Positions 24,301-39,300 of a stretch of 64,000 bases of DNA are shown piece after piece. Position 1 is the first letter of the stretch, and every line of letters begins with the position of its first letter. The notes under the pieces were generated by a model that made no database searches, was not told the DNA's origin, and worked only from the letters and a program-made list of their open reading frames with translations. Position numbers and translations under genes: made by a program. This DNA is from Squalus acanthias (lineage: Eukaryota): positions 34,162,001-34,226,000 of the forward strand of contig CM059429.1 of assembly GCA_030390025.1 (NCBI GenBank), written 5' to 3'.

Positions 24301-27300
24301 TATATATTTTTATATTGCATCATGTTTTCACATTTTCTTTTTCCATTTGTGGTATGTTTTAACTGTTAATCTATAAAGGAACGTTGAGGAAGTAGTCTCC
24401 TAATATTCAGTGGAATTATTCTGTCCTTTTCTCACCCTGATGCTGAGTTTTCAGAACTAGAACAATTTTTAAGTGAATCTGCTCATTCCAGTATATATTT
24501 AAACAGCAAAATGCAAACATGTCATTCAAATTGGGGGTGTGTATATAAGGTAATTGATTTTGTAAGCTGTTTTTAAACTGACCAATATGGCGAAGTAGTA
24601 GCTGTGCACAGTCATTATGGTGCAAAGTATAGTTTGGTATTTAATAGGATAATGTGCAGTCTTTGTAAACGTTTGCTGAACAAAAAAAATGTAATTAACT
24701 ATAGGTTTGCTCTTAATCGTACATTCTATGGTTTGTCACTTCACGCTTGAAAAGATTATCGTTCCTGGATAATGGGTAATTATTGTGTGACCAAAATGCA
24801 TATTCATTGAAGCTTCTCAAGTTAACTGCCTAATGTGTTTCATTGATGGAGTTTTCTGCCACGTTAACCATGTTTTGAGTTCTCGTGGAATTGGTAATAA
24901 AATTCTTTTTAAGGGAACAATAAATATGCAGCATCACATTGTCATTCTCGCTCTTTACGCTTGTATAGTTCTTTAGCTATTGAGTCACTTTATTTTATAA
25001 ATGTATTCAGAATTTCCAGTTTTCTCTGTAAATGCTTAATTTGTGCTGTAACCATGTAGCAGACTGGTGTTCACAAACGTTTGCTACTTTGGATCGTGTA
25101 GATGCATATAATGGAGCCTCGGGCCGCATGCAGAATCTTAAAGGAGGCCATTCAGCCCATCGTGCCTGTGTCGGCTCTTTGAAAGAGCTATCCAATTAGT
25201 CCCACTCCCCTACTCTTTCCCCGTAGCAATGTAGTTTTTTCCTTTTCAAGTATATATCCAATTCCCTTTTGAAAGTTACTATTCAATCTGCTTCCTCCAC
25301 CCTTTCAGGCAGATCATAACTCGCCGCGTTTATAAAAAAAAATTCTCATGTTGCCTCTGGTTCTTTTGCCAATCACCTTAAATCTGTGCCCCCTAGTTAT
25401 TGACGCTTGAGCCATTGGAAACCATTTCTCTTTATTTACTCTATCTAAACCATTGATTTTAAACACCTATCAATCACCTCTTGGCCTTCTGTGCTCTAAG
25501 GAGAACAACCCCAGCTTCTCCAGTCTACCCAGAAGCATCCTGCAAACTGAGCTCCTGTGGGACAAGGCAGGCATCAGCCTGCAGACCAAGCTCAAAGTAT
25601 ACAGGGCAGTCGTTCTGATGACCCTGCTTTTTATGCCTGTGAAACTTGGACAACATATGTACAACACATTAAGAAACGGAATCATTTTCACCTAAGCTGC
25701 CTGAGGTGACTAATGAAGATCAGATAACAAGACAGGATCCATGACACTAAAGTTCTTAAAGCTGACATGCCAATCATAGATGCTGTGATCATCTAGGCAC
25801 AGCTACGCCTTCCGCTCATGTGGTGTGAATGTTTGCTGAACGAACCCCAAAGGAGAGCTTTTATGACACATTGACAACTGGGGAGTGATCTCATGATGGA
25901 CAGCAAAAGGGATGTAAAGACTGCTTAAAAGTGGCTTCGAAACAGTACATAATAGATGTCCGTAAATGGAAACGGCTTGCTCAAGATAAGGCATAGTGAG
26001 AAACCGTCCATGAAGGCACCTCCTATGAGGCTTATAGTATTGCTGATGCTGCATATAAACGCCAGCTGAGGAAGTCTCGCGTGAAAAATCACGATCCGCA
26101 GCTGGTATCTTTTATCTGGGTTCCACTGATCACTGTAGATGCTCGTTCCTAGCAAAAATTGGTCTCGCCAGTCATCAAAGACCTTACTGCAGAAAATGAA
26201 TGATATTTTGGCTATTGTCTTCGATGTTGAAGGATGGATGATCACATTTAGTATGCAGGAGTTTTTTTGTTGACTTGATACGATTAATACAAAATAAAGG
26301 AGATGGAGCACAGAAGGTACTCTTGTAAATATTGACTACTGGAGGCACAGTTTCAGGTGTCGGGTCAGGATCACCCAAAGTAAATTTAATTTCTGTGCAA
26401 GTTTTATCTCTTACCCCATACAAATTGATTAGTTTCCTCCCATCCTCTTGGATATAGTTCCACAGACAGTGGACACCTTCTGGTCCCTTACCCAAGATGT
26501 CATTGTTTCATGTGTGAGCCTTGTTGTGAAAGCTGGCAAATATCTGACTGGACATTGCAGCTAAGTCAAATCCGGTCCTAACTTGGTATTCACTCAACAT
26601 TTCCAGTAGGGGCAGCTTCATAGGGAGTGGAACCCCTGTCTGGCTTTCTCCCACCTGACCCAGGAATACTCTTGCCAATTGTAACATCCCTATTATTGCC
26701 TTAGTTGAATTCAGCTAACTTGGCACTGTCTGGACAACAAACCTGGGACTTTCCTTGTCTGTATGGTTGAAATGGAGGCTTTACATCTGAACTATCAGGA
26801 TGGCCTTGCTAATAAGTCATTCATATCCAGGATTGATGTTGAATTTAGCATTCTATCATGTATCCTTGTAAGCACTGAAACATTTTTGATTTTTAAATGA
26901 ATAGCTAATGCATTTGTATTAACATCACTTTGGTGACTGAGTTTAAAAGTAAAGCATTTATATAGTACCTTTAATGACCTCCAGGCATCCCAAAGTGCTT
27001 TACAGCCAATTAAAGTACTTTTGAAGTGTTGTAATGTAGGAAACGTGGCAGCCAATTTTCACACTACAAGCTCCCACAAACAGCAATGCGATAATGACCA
27101 GATGTTCTGCTTTACTATTTGTTGAGGAATATGTATTGACCAGAGCACTAGGAGAACTCCTCTACTCTTCAGAATAGTGCCGTGGGATCTTTTACGTCCA
27201 CCTGAGGGGGCAGACGGGGCCTCAGTTTAGCGTCTTATCTGAAAGAGCACCTCCGACAGTGCAGTACTCCCTCAGTTGGTGATGTCATTACTCCCTCAGT

Positions 27301-30300
27301 ACTGCACTAAAATGTCAACCTGGATTATGTGCTCAAGTCTCTGGAGTGGGCCTTGAACCCACACATTTCTGACTCGGGTGAGAGTGCTACCACTGAGCCA
27401 CAGCTGACAGAGTATAATCCTACTTGGCAGAGGGATTTCACTGTAGGACTACATTTGTCTGAAATCACACTGGAATATAACCACGATGGAATCATTCATG
27501 AATTATCTATGTTTATAGCTTACATAAAATCTTTCCAGCTTTTGTAGACTTGTTTTGTTGGTACTGGAAATGTGGATACTATATAATGTATGTATAAAAG
27601 TAGCAATCAGGTTAGCGAGGCCATAAAAAAATTCAAACCAAGCACTGGGGTTCATTTCTAGAGGAGTAGAATTGAAAAGCACAGAAGTTATGTTAAACTA
27701 ATATAAAACCTTGATTCGACCACACTTGAAGTATTGTGCACAGTTCTGATCTCCATATTACAAAAAGGATATAGAGGCACTGGAGGAGGTGTAAAAAAGA
27801 TTTACAAGAATGATTGTTATAACCTCAGTTCTGGTATCAGGAAAGACTGAACAGGCTAAGGCTTTTTTCTCTAAGGCAGAGATCTGACCTAACACCTAAT
27901 TATGAAGGGATTTGATATGGTAGAGATGTTTCCACTTGAGTCCAAAATTAGGTGTCATAAAGTTAAGAGAGTCACTAATTCAATAAGGAATTCAGGAGAG
28001 ACATCTTTACCCAGGAGAGTGGTTAGATTGTGGAACTTGCTACCACCATGGAATAGTTGAGGCAAATAGCATGGATGCATTTAAGGGGAAGCTAGATAAG
28101 TACACGAGGGGGGAAAAAGGTATAGACGGATATGCTGATGGGGTTAGCTGAAGTAGGGTGGGAAGAGGCTTGTGTGGAGCAGGAACAGACCAGTTGGGCT
28201 GAATGGCCTGTTTCTGTGCTGTAAATTCTACAGTGGAATAGAGCCTGGTTCTGCTTCAGGAGTTATTGTTTGTCGTTACTATTGGTGATTGAAGGTTATC
28301 TCAAAGTTGAATCCTGTAGACTTAGTCCAGCAAATGTTTCGTTCCAGCCTCACTAAAAGAATTTAAACTAAAATACTGCTGTGTATGTATATACTGTTAT
28401 GAATAAGCAATATTTTGCAATGTGTTCTGTAACTTACTGAGCTTCAGTGGTACTGTCCACAGGAGTGCACTGAGCCATTATTTTATGTAAGAAAATCTTC
28501 GTCATATTGTGTTTTCATTTGAGCTAAATTTTGTACTTTGTCATGCTGGTACCATCATAACCCCATATTGCAACATATGCTATGTATGTCTCAGCATCAT
28601 GTACTTTCTATTAATTAATTAAACTTAATTAGGGGGGACTAGTTGATGTCATTAATGCACCCACTGTTAGTTTCTTGCAAGCCCATTCCTTTATAAAGAC
28701 CCACAATTGTCTATAAAGTACGCACAGATCTAATTTTCAGTTAGTCATTTATGTAGAACAAGGCTGTAGCAGAACTATTGATTCCAAATTTTCTTCCCAA
28801 CACAGTAGAAATGTAAAATAGACTCCCACCACTAGCAGTAAATCTTCCCTTAAAATAAATCCTTTTTGGAATTGCTTTGTGTGCTGCTGTGAACATTGAA
28901 ATAGCATCTGTGGAATCCAACTGGTTCTCTCTTGTCCCTCTCTTCGCTCCTTCCCATTCAACGTGCTGACTCTTGCTGGGGTACAATTCCACGGGCACTG
29001 ACAGTCATTCAGTATCTCACCTATGTAGCCATTTGTCATGTTGGAGAAATGTCTCCATCTTGAGTTTCTAAATTTAAATGTTCTAGATTTTGAATTAAAC
29101 CTGTAACGCTTGAATTCTATTCATTTCAGTCTGAGGAGAAAACACGTCTCCAAGAAGAGCTAAAGAACGCCAGAGACAAAGCCAGGCGACGATCACTAGG
29201 CAATATCAAATTCATTGGTGAACTCTTCAAACTGAAAATGTTAACAGAGCCAATTATGCATGACTGTATAGTGAAACTGCTAAAGAATCATGATGAGGAG
29301 TCACTTGAATGCCTATGTAGGCTATTAACCACAATAGGCAAAGACTTGGATTTTGAAAAAGCCAAAGTAAGTTTAAAAATTACTTGCTAAAGTAGTCTAT
29401 ACAATAGTGATAGCTTGGTATTGATATACTTGATTTTTCTTTGGAAAATGTAACATTCACTCCTTGTATCTTGCCTATAGCCTAGGATGGATCAATATTT
29501 CAACCAGATGGAAAAAATTATTAAAGAAAGGAAAACTTCGTCTCGGATTCGTTTTATGGTGCAGGATGTAATCGATCTTCGACAAGTGAGTTCAATTGAC
29601 TTAAGTTGGTAATTGACTTGTATCTGTGTAAATGTTGAAATACAAAAGTGCCACAGAAATAAAGTTAGAATTTTTTTGTTTTGCCAGCGTTGTGTATATA
29701 CATAACCACTTTTATATTTCTGGAAATGTAAACTTTCTTCATTGCAGATATTATTCGTAGTATTTTGAAAAAAGTTGAATGCTTGGTCAGAAGTAACCAA
29801 ATATTTAACAAAGCCCAGCACTTAAATTACTCATTGCTAAAATGTGATGTGAAATTGCTATCAGGGGATATATCCAGTATATAGTGTTGCATCATGTGCC
29901 TGTTAAAGCCACAGCGCAACCATGTTGGCCTTTCAGCACTGGCTAATGTCAACCATTTAATGTTCCCAATTCTGAGCTTTTGTGCAAACAGCTGAAAAAA
30001 CAGTCATGGAACAAGCTACAAAAATTTCAGTACAGTAATATTATTGCCAAACTGTTAGTATTTAAGCCAACATGTGGTATTTTTCCATTCTGTGTTGTCA
30101 GATGTGATTCGGACTAAACTATAGACGTTAGATATTTCGGATGAGGGGAAAAATTAAGTTTTATTCTTGGGATAAAAAGATCTCAATGACTTTGTTTGTT
30201 TGAATTCTGAAATAAACCATTATGTGTTGATTTCCAGAATAACTGGGTGCCACGAAGAGGTGATTCGGGACCCAAGACATTAGAACAGATTCACAGAGAA

Positions 30301-33300
30301 GCTCAGATAGAAGAACATCAACAGCAGTTAAGGGTACAGCAACAACTTCTATCTAAGCAGGACAAAAGGAGAGGTGGTGCTGGAAGTAGCAGTAGTAGTG
30401 GTAAGTTTAATAATGATAGCATGTAATCTTTCCTCACTAATGTTATTTCTGTAGGCATTATTCTGGAACTGGAAACTGTATTCCATCAGTCTGGGGAGGC
30501 TTCAAACATTTCTACATTCACCACGTTGGGGAAAACGTTAAAAGTTACTGTAATAATTGGTCATGGCTCTTGGCTTTTTATATACTGTTTTGAGAATTTA
30601 AAAATTAAAATTCAGGCAGTGAAATAGAATCATCAACTTATCCTAAAACATGTTTGTTCTTTTAATTTGATTGGCTTTTTACTGTGAAAAGTTCTCCTGT
30701 CATTGTCTTTGGTTGGTGTTGACTTCTAGTTTGAAGATGTGCACACCTTAAACAGAGGTTTCCCAGTGACCAGCGCCTATGAGACTGCTGATTTCACATA
30801 ATTGCCCAACCTGAGTAAGCTTAAGAGTCCGTCATAAGTATATGTTCTACTGGAGGGAAATCTCCAAATTTGTGTGAATTCCGTTGATCAAATGAACTTG
30901 GAGAAATTGTATGCAGTGCTCCAGAACAACAGGATTTATTGATTTAGATGGCCAGATAGAAGATGTTGAAATCTTGGAATTCTCAACCTCCTCCAGCTTA
31001 AATCATAAGTCTGTAACCCCAGGGCAGCGTTGCTTATAATGCCGATGCTGGTAAACTCCAGGTCGAAAGTGGAGATGCTGTCTCCAACTGGGCCTCAAGT
31101 GTGATTTGACTAGGCTCTCACCTCTGGTGTGTATATTTTTAATTCCAAAATGTCTGATAAAATGCTGATATCCGTAGGTGGCAGAGGAAGTCAAGGGACT
31201 GATGAAGCAGGATGGAATACTGTGCCAATTGCCAAAAGTAGCAGACCTATTGATACCAGTAGGCTAACCAAGATTACTAAGGTAAGGGATATTTCTCTCT
31301 CTCAATTTAACTGCACATTCAATATATTAAATATAAGTAATATGTATTTAATAACTTGAATTTTCCTCATATTTTTTAAATAGGCTGGGGCCATGGATTA
31401 CAACAATCAAGTGCTGGCGCCAGCAGGTCGACTTGGCGGCTGGGTTAAAGGAAGTAGTGGTGGATCTGGAAGCAAACCTAATGATGCAGGTAATTTCTCA
31501 CAGGATACAATATTGTAACGAGTCCTTCTTGGCCAACATAGAAACAGATTCAACTGACCATTTCATTAATGGTTAAATTATTGGCAGGTTCAGGGAACAT
31601 CTGTCTCCTTGAATTTTTTCAGCGTACACACTCCAATGTTGTTAAAACCGCACTAATATTCCAGTAATTAAACTTGACAAGAATAGGAATAGGTTTGTCA
31701 CCAATATTAATGCTAATGTACTAAATGAAATGTTTGAACTGCAAATTTACAAAAGTAAAATGTAAACATTTCTTGCCTCTTTTCCATTCTGGTTTTAATT
31801 TTAATTTGATTTAACATACTCTGTAACCTGTTCAGATTGCCTTTATTTTGCTGCCTCTCTACTCCCATAGACATTTTGGAGGTGTGAAATTTTGAAAAGG
31901 GATTTTCTTGGAATGATGCTTTGCTTCATATTGGATTTAACACTGAGCCATACAGACCAGGACTGCCCCTGGTTTGATACAGGGTCTGTGCTAATCCAGG
32001 GTCACTATACATGAAAGTGCATGTGGATGTTGGGTGAGGACAAAAGGGTGTGGCTGAAATGCCCAACATTTACCACAACTTTAGAAGAGGGTGAGCAAAT
32101 TGAGGAGCTTGCCACATTAACTTACTGCTTAGTTGGTAATTCATGAAAATTGTGATTTTTGTACACTTTTTAAATTGGTTGACATATTGGCCCAAAAATT
32201 AGTGCCGCTACGCGAGAGTACGCACTGTGTACTCTCGCGTATTCTGTCTCCAATTGCCGGTTTTCTGCATGCACTGCGCATGCGCTGAAAACCGGCACTT
32301 GGTGAATTCAAAAGGGGGCGGTTCCTAGGTGAACCGCGTGCAGGCTGCGCGCACGCAGTGCACTTAGTGCTTTGAACGCGCAGGTAAGCATGGAACATTT
32401 TAGACATAGAAAGGAGGCGTAAGACCCTCTTTTAACAAGGTAAGTAGTTAATTAAGTATTATTTTGAATTTTTTTTAACAGGTATATCTTTTTTAGAGAC
32501 TTTAAAGACAGGTAAGTTTATTTTTATAACTTTTTAAAAGATTTTAAATTTTTTCAAAAATTTAATTTTTTGTTTAAAATGGTTAATTTATTTAACTATA
32601 CTTATTTTATTAATGTGATGGTTTTTAAAAAAAATTTAATTGAGGTTTAGCTGTTCTTTTGGGGGGTATAGATTCATAGCTTTCACAGCACTTATGTGAA
32701 AGCTATGAATGAAAGATGGTGTGCTGCCATTGGCTCTAACTGAGTCACGTGATCCCACAGCTCGCACGAATTAACTACGCCTGTGGTATACGGAAGCCCT
32801 GCACAGCTGCTGTCCAGAACATCAAGTTCGTGCGAGCTCGGACTGAAAAAGCCAGCGCGCAGTGAGAGATCGCGGGGAAGCCTTACCCTCGCACGAAGGC
32901 TCCCTCACGAATTTTTGGGCCATTACCAGTTATAATTTGTATGTCGTATTAGACTGAATGCTCCACAATAAGCACCATGGCTTCTTAACTAGACTGTGGT
33001 GTAAAATTTTCAGAGGACTGCTTGATTTGAAGCCAGGAAGATTTGAAAATTTCTGTTGGTCCAATCAGGAGTAGACCATTTAGTCCCTCGAGCCTGTTCC
33101 ACTATTCAAATAGTTCATGGCTGATCTGTATCTCAACTCCATTTACCCACCTTTGATGCATATCCCTGGATACCCTTACCGAATAAAAAAAAATCTGTTG
33201 TCTCGGTCTTGAAAATTTAAATTGCCTACAGCCTTTTGGGGGAAAGAATTCCAAATTTTTACTGCGCTTTGTGTGGAAAAAGTACTTCTTGATTCACTCC

Positions 33301-36300
33301 TGAATGGCCTAGCAATTTTAAGATTGAGCCCTCATGTTTTTGATTCCCCCACCAGAGAAAATAGCTTCTCTGTATCCACTCTATCAAATCTTGTTATTTT
33401 AAACACCTCAATTAGATCAACCCTCTATAAACTCCAGGAGATGCATAAACTTGGCTTGCAACTTCCCCATGTACATTAACCCTTTAAGCCCGGGTATTCT
33501 GGTGATTCTGCACTGTACCCCCTCCAAGGCCAATATATCTTTCCTGAGGTGTGGTGCCCAAAACTGAACACAGTTCTCCAAATGGAGTCTGACCAAGACT
33601 CTTAACTGTATTGGCTTATGAATGCTGTTGACTGCAGACATGAATAGTTATTTCATATTTCTGTACTTAGGTGTGGATTCAGGAAGGCCAACCACAGCCA
33701 CATTGAATAGATTTTCAGCTCTCCAACAGTCTTCATCCACAGATAATTTTGATGCACGAAGGGTTGTGCCCAGGCAAGTTTGTGAAATTGATTCTTACTG
33801 GTGGCTTAGCTTTTAAATCTGGTGCATAAATATTTAGAATGTTGTTTGAGTTGTTAGTATTCAACTACATTGTACAAAAGAGTAGAAATGCAAATGTCAT
33901 TCTAAAATGTGTGCTACCTTGTTGAAATTGCTTAATTTGGAAACCGTACTAGGACTGGAATTAATAATTTAATCAATCATTTGGGAAAATAAGGAATACA
34001 TTGTTCACTTTTTCAAGCTGTTGCAGCAAATGTGTCTTTAAAAAGTGACGCTAAAACACCTTTACATTACTGCTTTTACAATGACATTGTACCAGTGTAC
34101 TGAATGTACCAGTGTACTGAATGTCACACTAGATTCAAAACAATACTTTAGAAATGGAAGTAAACATTTTGAGGTACTTAAGTAGATTTCTTGGGCAGAT
34201 CTAAAGGATGAAACTGTCACGTCTGGATATTTCTGTTGCTATAAAATTAGAAATCTGTACCTGTAAAAGTCATTCCTGTATTGGGAAAATATAAATTGCT
34301 GCCGGGTTCTGTGGTTAATGCTTGGCTCAGGAGAACCCATGCTATAACTGGGTAGATGGCAAAATGATATTTTTTTTCACCAAAAAAACCCCAAATCAAT
34401 TTTACAAGCAAATCTAGCAAAATAAAAACCATGTGCAAGTGCTGGGGTGTGGAATTTGAGTTACAACAATTCTCTAATACTGATTTTTTTGGCGGGGTGG
34501 GGCACAACAGGAGTAGTTCAAGTCGCGATAGAAGTGAAAAGGGTGATCGAGAGCGAGGAGACCGATTTGAAAGAAATGAACGTTATGACAGAAATGAGAG
34601 GAGTGATCGGTTTGAAAGAAGTGATAGAACTGAAAAGAGTGACAAAGGTGATCGTGTTGAGAAATCTGAGCGAAGTGATCGCAACAGACCTCCACTTACT
34701 AAGAGAAGCTACAGCAAAGAAGTAGATGACCGAAGCAGGGAAAGGGAACGGCGAAGCTCTCAAGAACCTGTCAGACGTGTAGCCAGTATGACCGAAGAAA
34801 GAGATCGGGGACATGTGCGAGATCGAAGTAAAGAGCCTGGTAAGTTTCCTGACTTCATTTTTGGAGATCATAACTAAAAGGATATTGCAAATTTTGGCCT
34901 GTGCAAGCTGAATTCTGAAAGTATAGGCTGTATTTTATGTTTATTAAGTGCACGCTATATTAACTCACACTGGGATACTATACTATAAAAACAGGCTTCT
35001 ATTTTATACAGTTATGTTTAGCCATGTCCTGCTAATAAAGGGTGACTATACAGGATTGTGTACTGATTTTGTTTTGTGCTGTGCCTCTCTTAGGGTTGCT
35101 TCTAATGGCAAGATTGACAACAGCCATCTCTGTAGTGCAAGTGCCAAAGCTAAACAGCTTGCATGATCAGTGTGCACTGTTGAGTCCACCTATTTTTTGA
35201 TTCCTTAGTTTCGTGGTGCATTTGGCCCCCACATTCCTTTTGACCTACTCATGAAATTCTTGTCAATTCTGCACAGTCCTGATTACTAACTGTGCCCAGT
35301 CAACTCTTAATACAATCTGTGCTCGGATTAATTGAGTCACTGCTCCCTGATTGTGGATTTAAACCAATCTGTTGTATTATCACCTTTCACAAACCATTAG
35401 TTTTGGATCCAGTCGGTTCTCTGTTTCATGCAAACTATATGGAAGTTGTATCCAAATAGATTTCTTAGTTCCGACTGGGAATGTAATGTTGGTCTTTTAA
35501 GTTTTGGGCACACCATTCAAACTTCTTTTGTAGCATTAGTTTCAGCCCTCAGTGTTGGTGAGCTGCTGGTTTTGTTTGTGGATCTGCCCTAATTTAATTT
35601 TGCGTGAGGATATAGTGTAGCATTTGGACTAGAGTAGTTATTCATGTCAGATGGAAAGAAAACTTTCAGTGCATCGGATAAAACAGTTTACACTGAAGTG
35701 ACGAATGGGGTGTTTTTTCCATTATTCCATTCGATGAAGTGTCCTAGAGATATCAGTTAAGTGCCATTTTACTTGTTCCACAGTTACTACTTGAACTATG
35801 TTGACTGTCTTGAAGGCAGCTGTGTGGAATGCCCCTTACTCATTCACCAAACATTGATGACCATGTTTTTGACATACCTGTTTTGGCAGCATGAATTGGG
35901 TTAACTCCGGGCCTCACTCTTCCTAAAATGGAGCAGTACATTAATATGGGTTTCAAGGGGTACGAGGGTTGCCTCAATGATGAAAGCTAGGATTATCTAC
36001 CATATACCATTCTTTAAATGATGCCAACCCTCATGGAGCAAGATCTTTCCCAACTATCCCCTCAAAGCCTTACTAAGTTATTGTTTTATGGTTAGAGAAT
36101 TTTGAAAAGTCATTTTTAGAATAGTGCCAATCAAAAAGACTGAACTATTACACTGATCTTCAGTCTCTATACAGTGTGGGGTGATGCAAAAGACAATTCA
36201 GCTTTTTTTTTAAATTAAAAAAAAAATTACATCTCTGGAATCTCAACATTGAGGTTGTGAGATAGTAGAAAGTTAATCTTACAAGGTAAGTAATCCTATT

Positions 36301-39300
36301 GTCTCGCAGATGACCGAAATGTCAGGAAATAGCAGAAATAATGGCCCTGAAATTGCAGTTAGCGACGTAGCTAAGGAGTACCTCCAAACAAAATCTGCAC
36401 TTAACTGGTGCGAGGCCCCCTTCGAAAACTTGCCTTGTTTCGCTGCAGAGTTGTGCGCAGCGTAGTGGCCCACGGATCCCAGGGGTGCACCATGTGTGTA
36501 AGCGTACCTGGGATCACGTGGGGCGGTGCGCCAGTCAGGAAACAGAAATCTCTGATGCCCATGTAGGGCATGGATTTGAGAAGACCTTTCTGCCGTCCTC
36601 CTGTTTCTGGTGCACCCTGGCATATTCAGCAGTCAGTGCAGAATTTCATGTGGAAGTGTGGATTGACTTCCAATTTTTATGCTATGCAAGAAAAAAATTA
36701 ATCTCGAAATGGTGACACACACTTAGAGCTTTGGAACTCCTCATTCTGTTTAAGCAATGTTGCATTTAGCTGTGAATTTATTACAGACATGATTTTTAAT
36801 CCACAATAAATGAAATTGCCCTAAATATCTCAAATATACCAAGTTCATTAACCTGAAGATTTATGAGGGCCTGTCTTTTGAAACAGTGCAATTGGCACTT
36901 GCTGTTCCCAGAAGGACAGTTATTTATATTTAATCTTACTTTATCTTAACTGCTTTTAAGTTTGATATTTCAAGTTGCTGTTTTGATGCTTCACCTAATC
37001 TTGCATATTCCCCCTCCCCATACGCTGTACAAACAGTCCTGTGCCTGTTTGCGCCAGCCGTAAAATTTTCCTGTGTAATTGCTACGCAGTTGGTGGGAAA
37101 TTAGCCCAACTCTGCGCCAGCAATTAGGATTTGGCAGTCGCAGCGGATGATCTGTCAAGTCGGAACTTAACAGATCGCAAGTTCGGGATTTAGCGCTTGC
37201 GCAAGCATAAATCCCGAACTTGCGGTCAATTTCAAAGGCGAGTACGCCGTCCCACCAACCGCAAATTCTGCCCCAATGTGTTTGAGTGGGTGGGTAACGC
37301 TCAGCTGTGTTCTGTATCTTAAGTATGATCTCCTGGCATTGTAGTCTACTGGCTCAGGCACTAATACTGTAGCCCCTGCAGAGTGAAACTGTATGCTGAG
37401 TGCATGCATGTCAGTGCGAGAAATTAAACATTGTAGTCATCTGAACTATGGAAAATCTGCGATAATTCAGCTAAATGTGTTTATAAAAACTTAGTCCAAT
37501 CTGTTTAATTTACCAGTTAAGCTTGAACCTGTCGCGGTATCTGTGACATCTGATAAGCCTGCCCTCTCTGAGGAAGAGTTTGAAAAGAAATCCAAGGCCA
37601 TCATTGAGGAATATTTGCATATCAATGATATGAAGGTAAGCACAAAGTTATGTTAATTATTTTAGTACGTGTGAACAATATGGATCTTGGTTAAGAGGCT
37701 GTGCATTTTATGTTGCAGAACTAGTTTCTTGAAAACTACCTCAGGTTCTTAGTGCGATAGAAAACTGCCGTGTTTATATTGCAAGGCACATCCCTCAGCA
37801 GCCAGAGCAACATAACTGTCGCATAGCTGTGTTTGTCACGTTTGTAGGGGGGGTGGCAAAAATGTAATGAAACCAAGCAAGATATTGGGAATTTGCAGAC
37901 TAACTCCTGTCACAGAAAATACCAGAGCCACAATGTCTGCAGCCTCTTAATTGATTAGCCTATGAACTCGCCCACTATTTACTTGATATCAATTAACCTT
38001 CAGTGCTAAAGGGGGACATGACCATACTTTAGCAACTGGTTAATGTATTCTGTTTTATTCTGTGTGATGTTCCTGTCATTATAAAATAGCACATCCTTTG
38101 ACCTACTACAGGAGATTGTGTGTGTATATATAAATGTGCATATTATGTTGTGTAATTTAGCCTTTGGGCATAATTCTGAAACAATAATGTTGGTTAGTGT
38201 GGAATTTGTGAAAGGAAATTGAGAATTCATCTAATTTTCTTTAGGAAGCATTGCAGTGTGTGCAGGAGCTTGAGTCACCTAAGACATTGCACATCTTTGT
38301 TCGAAGTGGTATCGAATCAACTTTGGAGAGAAGTGCAATAGCAAGAGAACACATGGGCATGCTGTTGTATCAGCTTGTAAAAGCTGGGACTCTATCAAAG
38401 GAACAGTATTGCAAAGGGTAAGTATTGGGCCTTATTAACTTACTGATGAAATCATTTTCAAAGACAATTTTGGTTAAAATTAAAACTAATTAATGAGATC
38501 ATTTAACTTTTAGATCTGTGACACTAAAGTGTACACTTTGTTTTGCCAGTTTACACAGTGCCTGTACCAACTATATACATCACTTTCTATTCATAAAGGA
38601 CTTGCAATCTAAACCTTCAGATTTTAATTCAATAACCATTAAATAGACATCAATTACATTACTTTTGAATCTTCACATTTTTTGTCTCATAACTATTTTG
38701 CCAAATGTGGCTGATGTCTGGAATTTTTGAATTAAAATTAACAAACTTGAAAGAAGTATGTGAAATTAATAATGCTTAAGGAGAAGCGTTGGATCTACAA
38801 GATTGGTAGACTGGTATGGTATATTAATCTACCAATCTTTATATAGATACATATTTACATTGTTACAGAAATTTTACCTAATGTTTGTCCTTGTACATTA
38901 ATTTTTTTTTAAATATAAAGCTTTTACTTTACTGAGACTTGATCAAATAAATATTCCCAAATTCTTCATTTCTCCCTTTCTGCCTCTTTCTCTCTTCCCC
39001 CACCCCCTTTACAAACACTTTGTTTGCTCTTTGGTTTTGTTTATATTGAGAGTAAATAGTTTGTAAAGTACTCAGGTTATTTTTCGAGGGGCGGGGAAGA
39101 GTTGATTATATTTGTTCTACATTAATAGCATTTGTCTGTTTTACTTGTGTACCACAGGCTACATGAAATCCTTGAAATAGCTGAAGATATGGCAATTGAT
39201 ATCCCACATATATGGCAATATCTTGCTGAACTAATTGTTCACATGCTACATGACGGAGGCATACCAATGGGAGAGCTTTTCAGGTAACGTTTCAACAGAT

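Noticed and set aside
29586-33670. SNORD66, which is intronic in human EIF4G1
   Set aside because: I did not find the expected GTGTCYGGGCC guide followed by CTGA by eye; an Infernal/Rfam scan is needed to exclude it.
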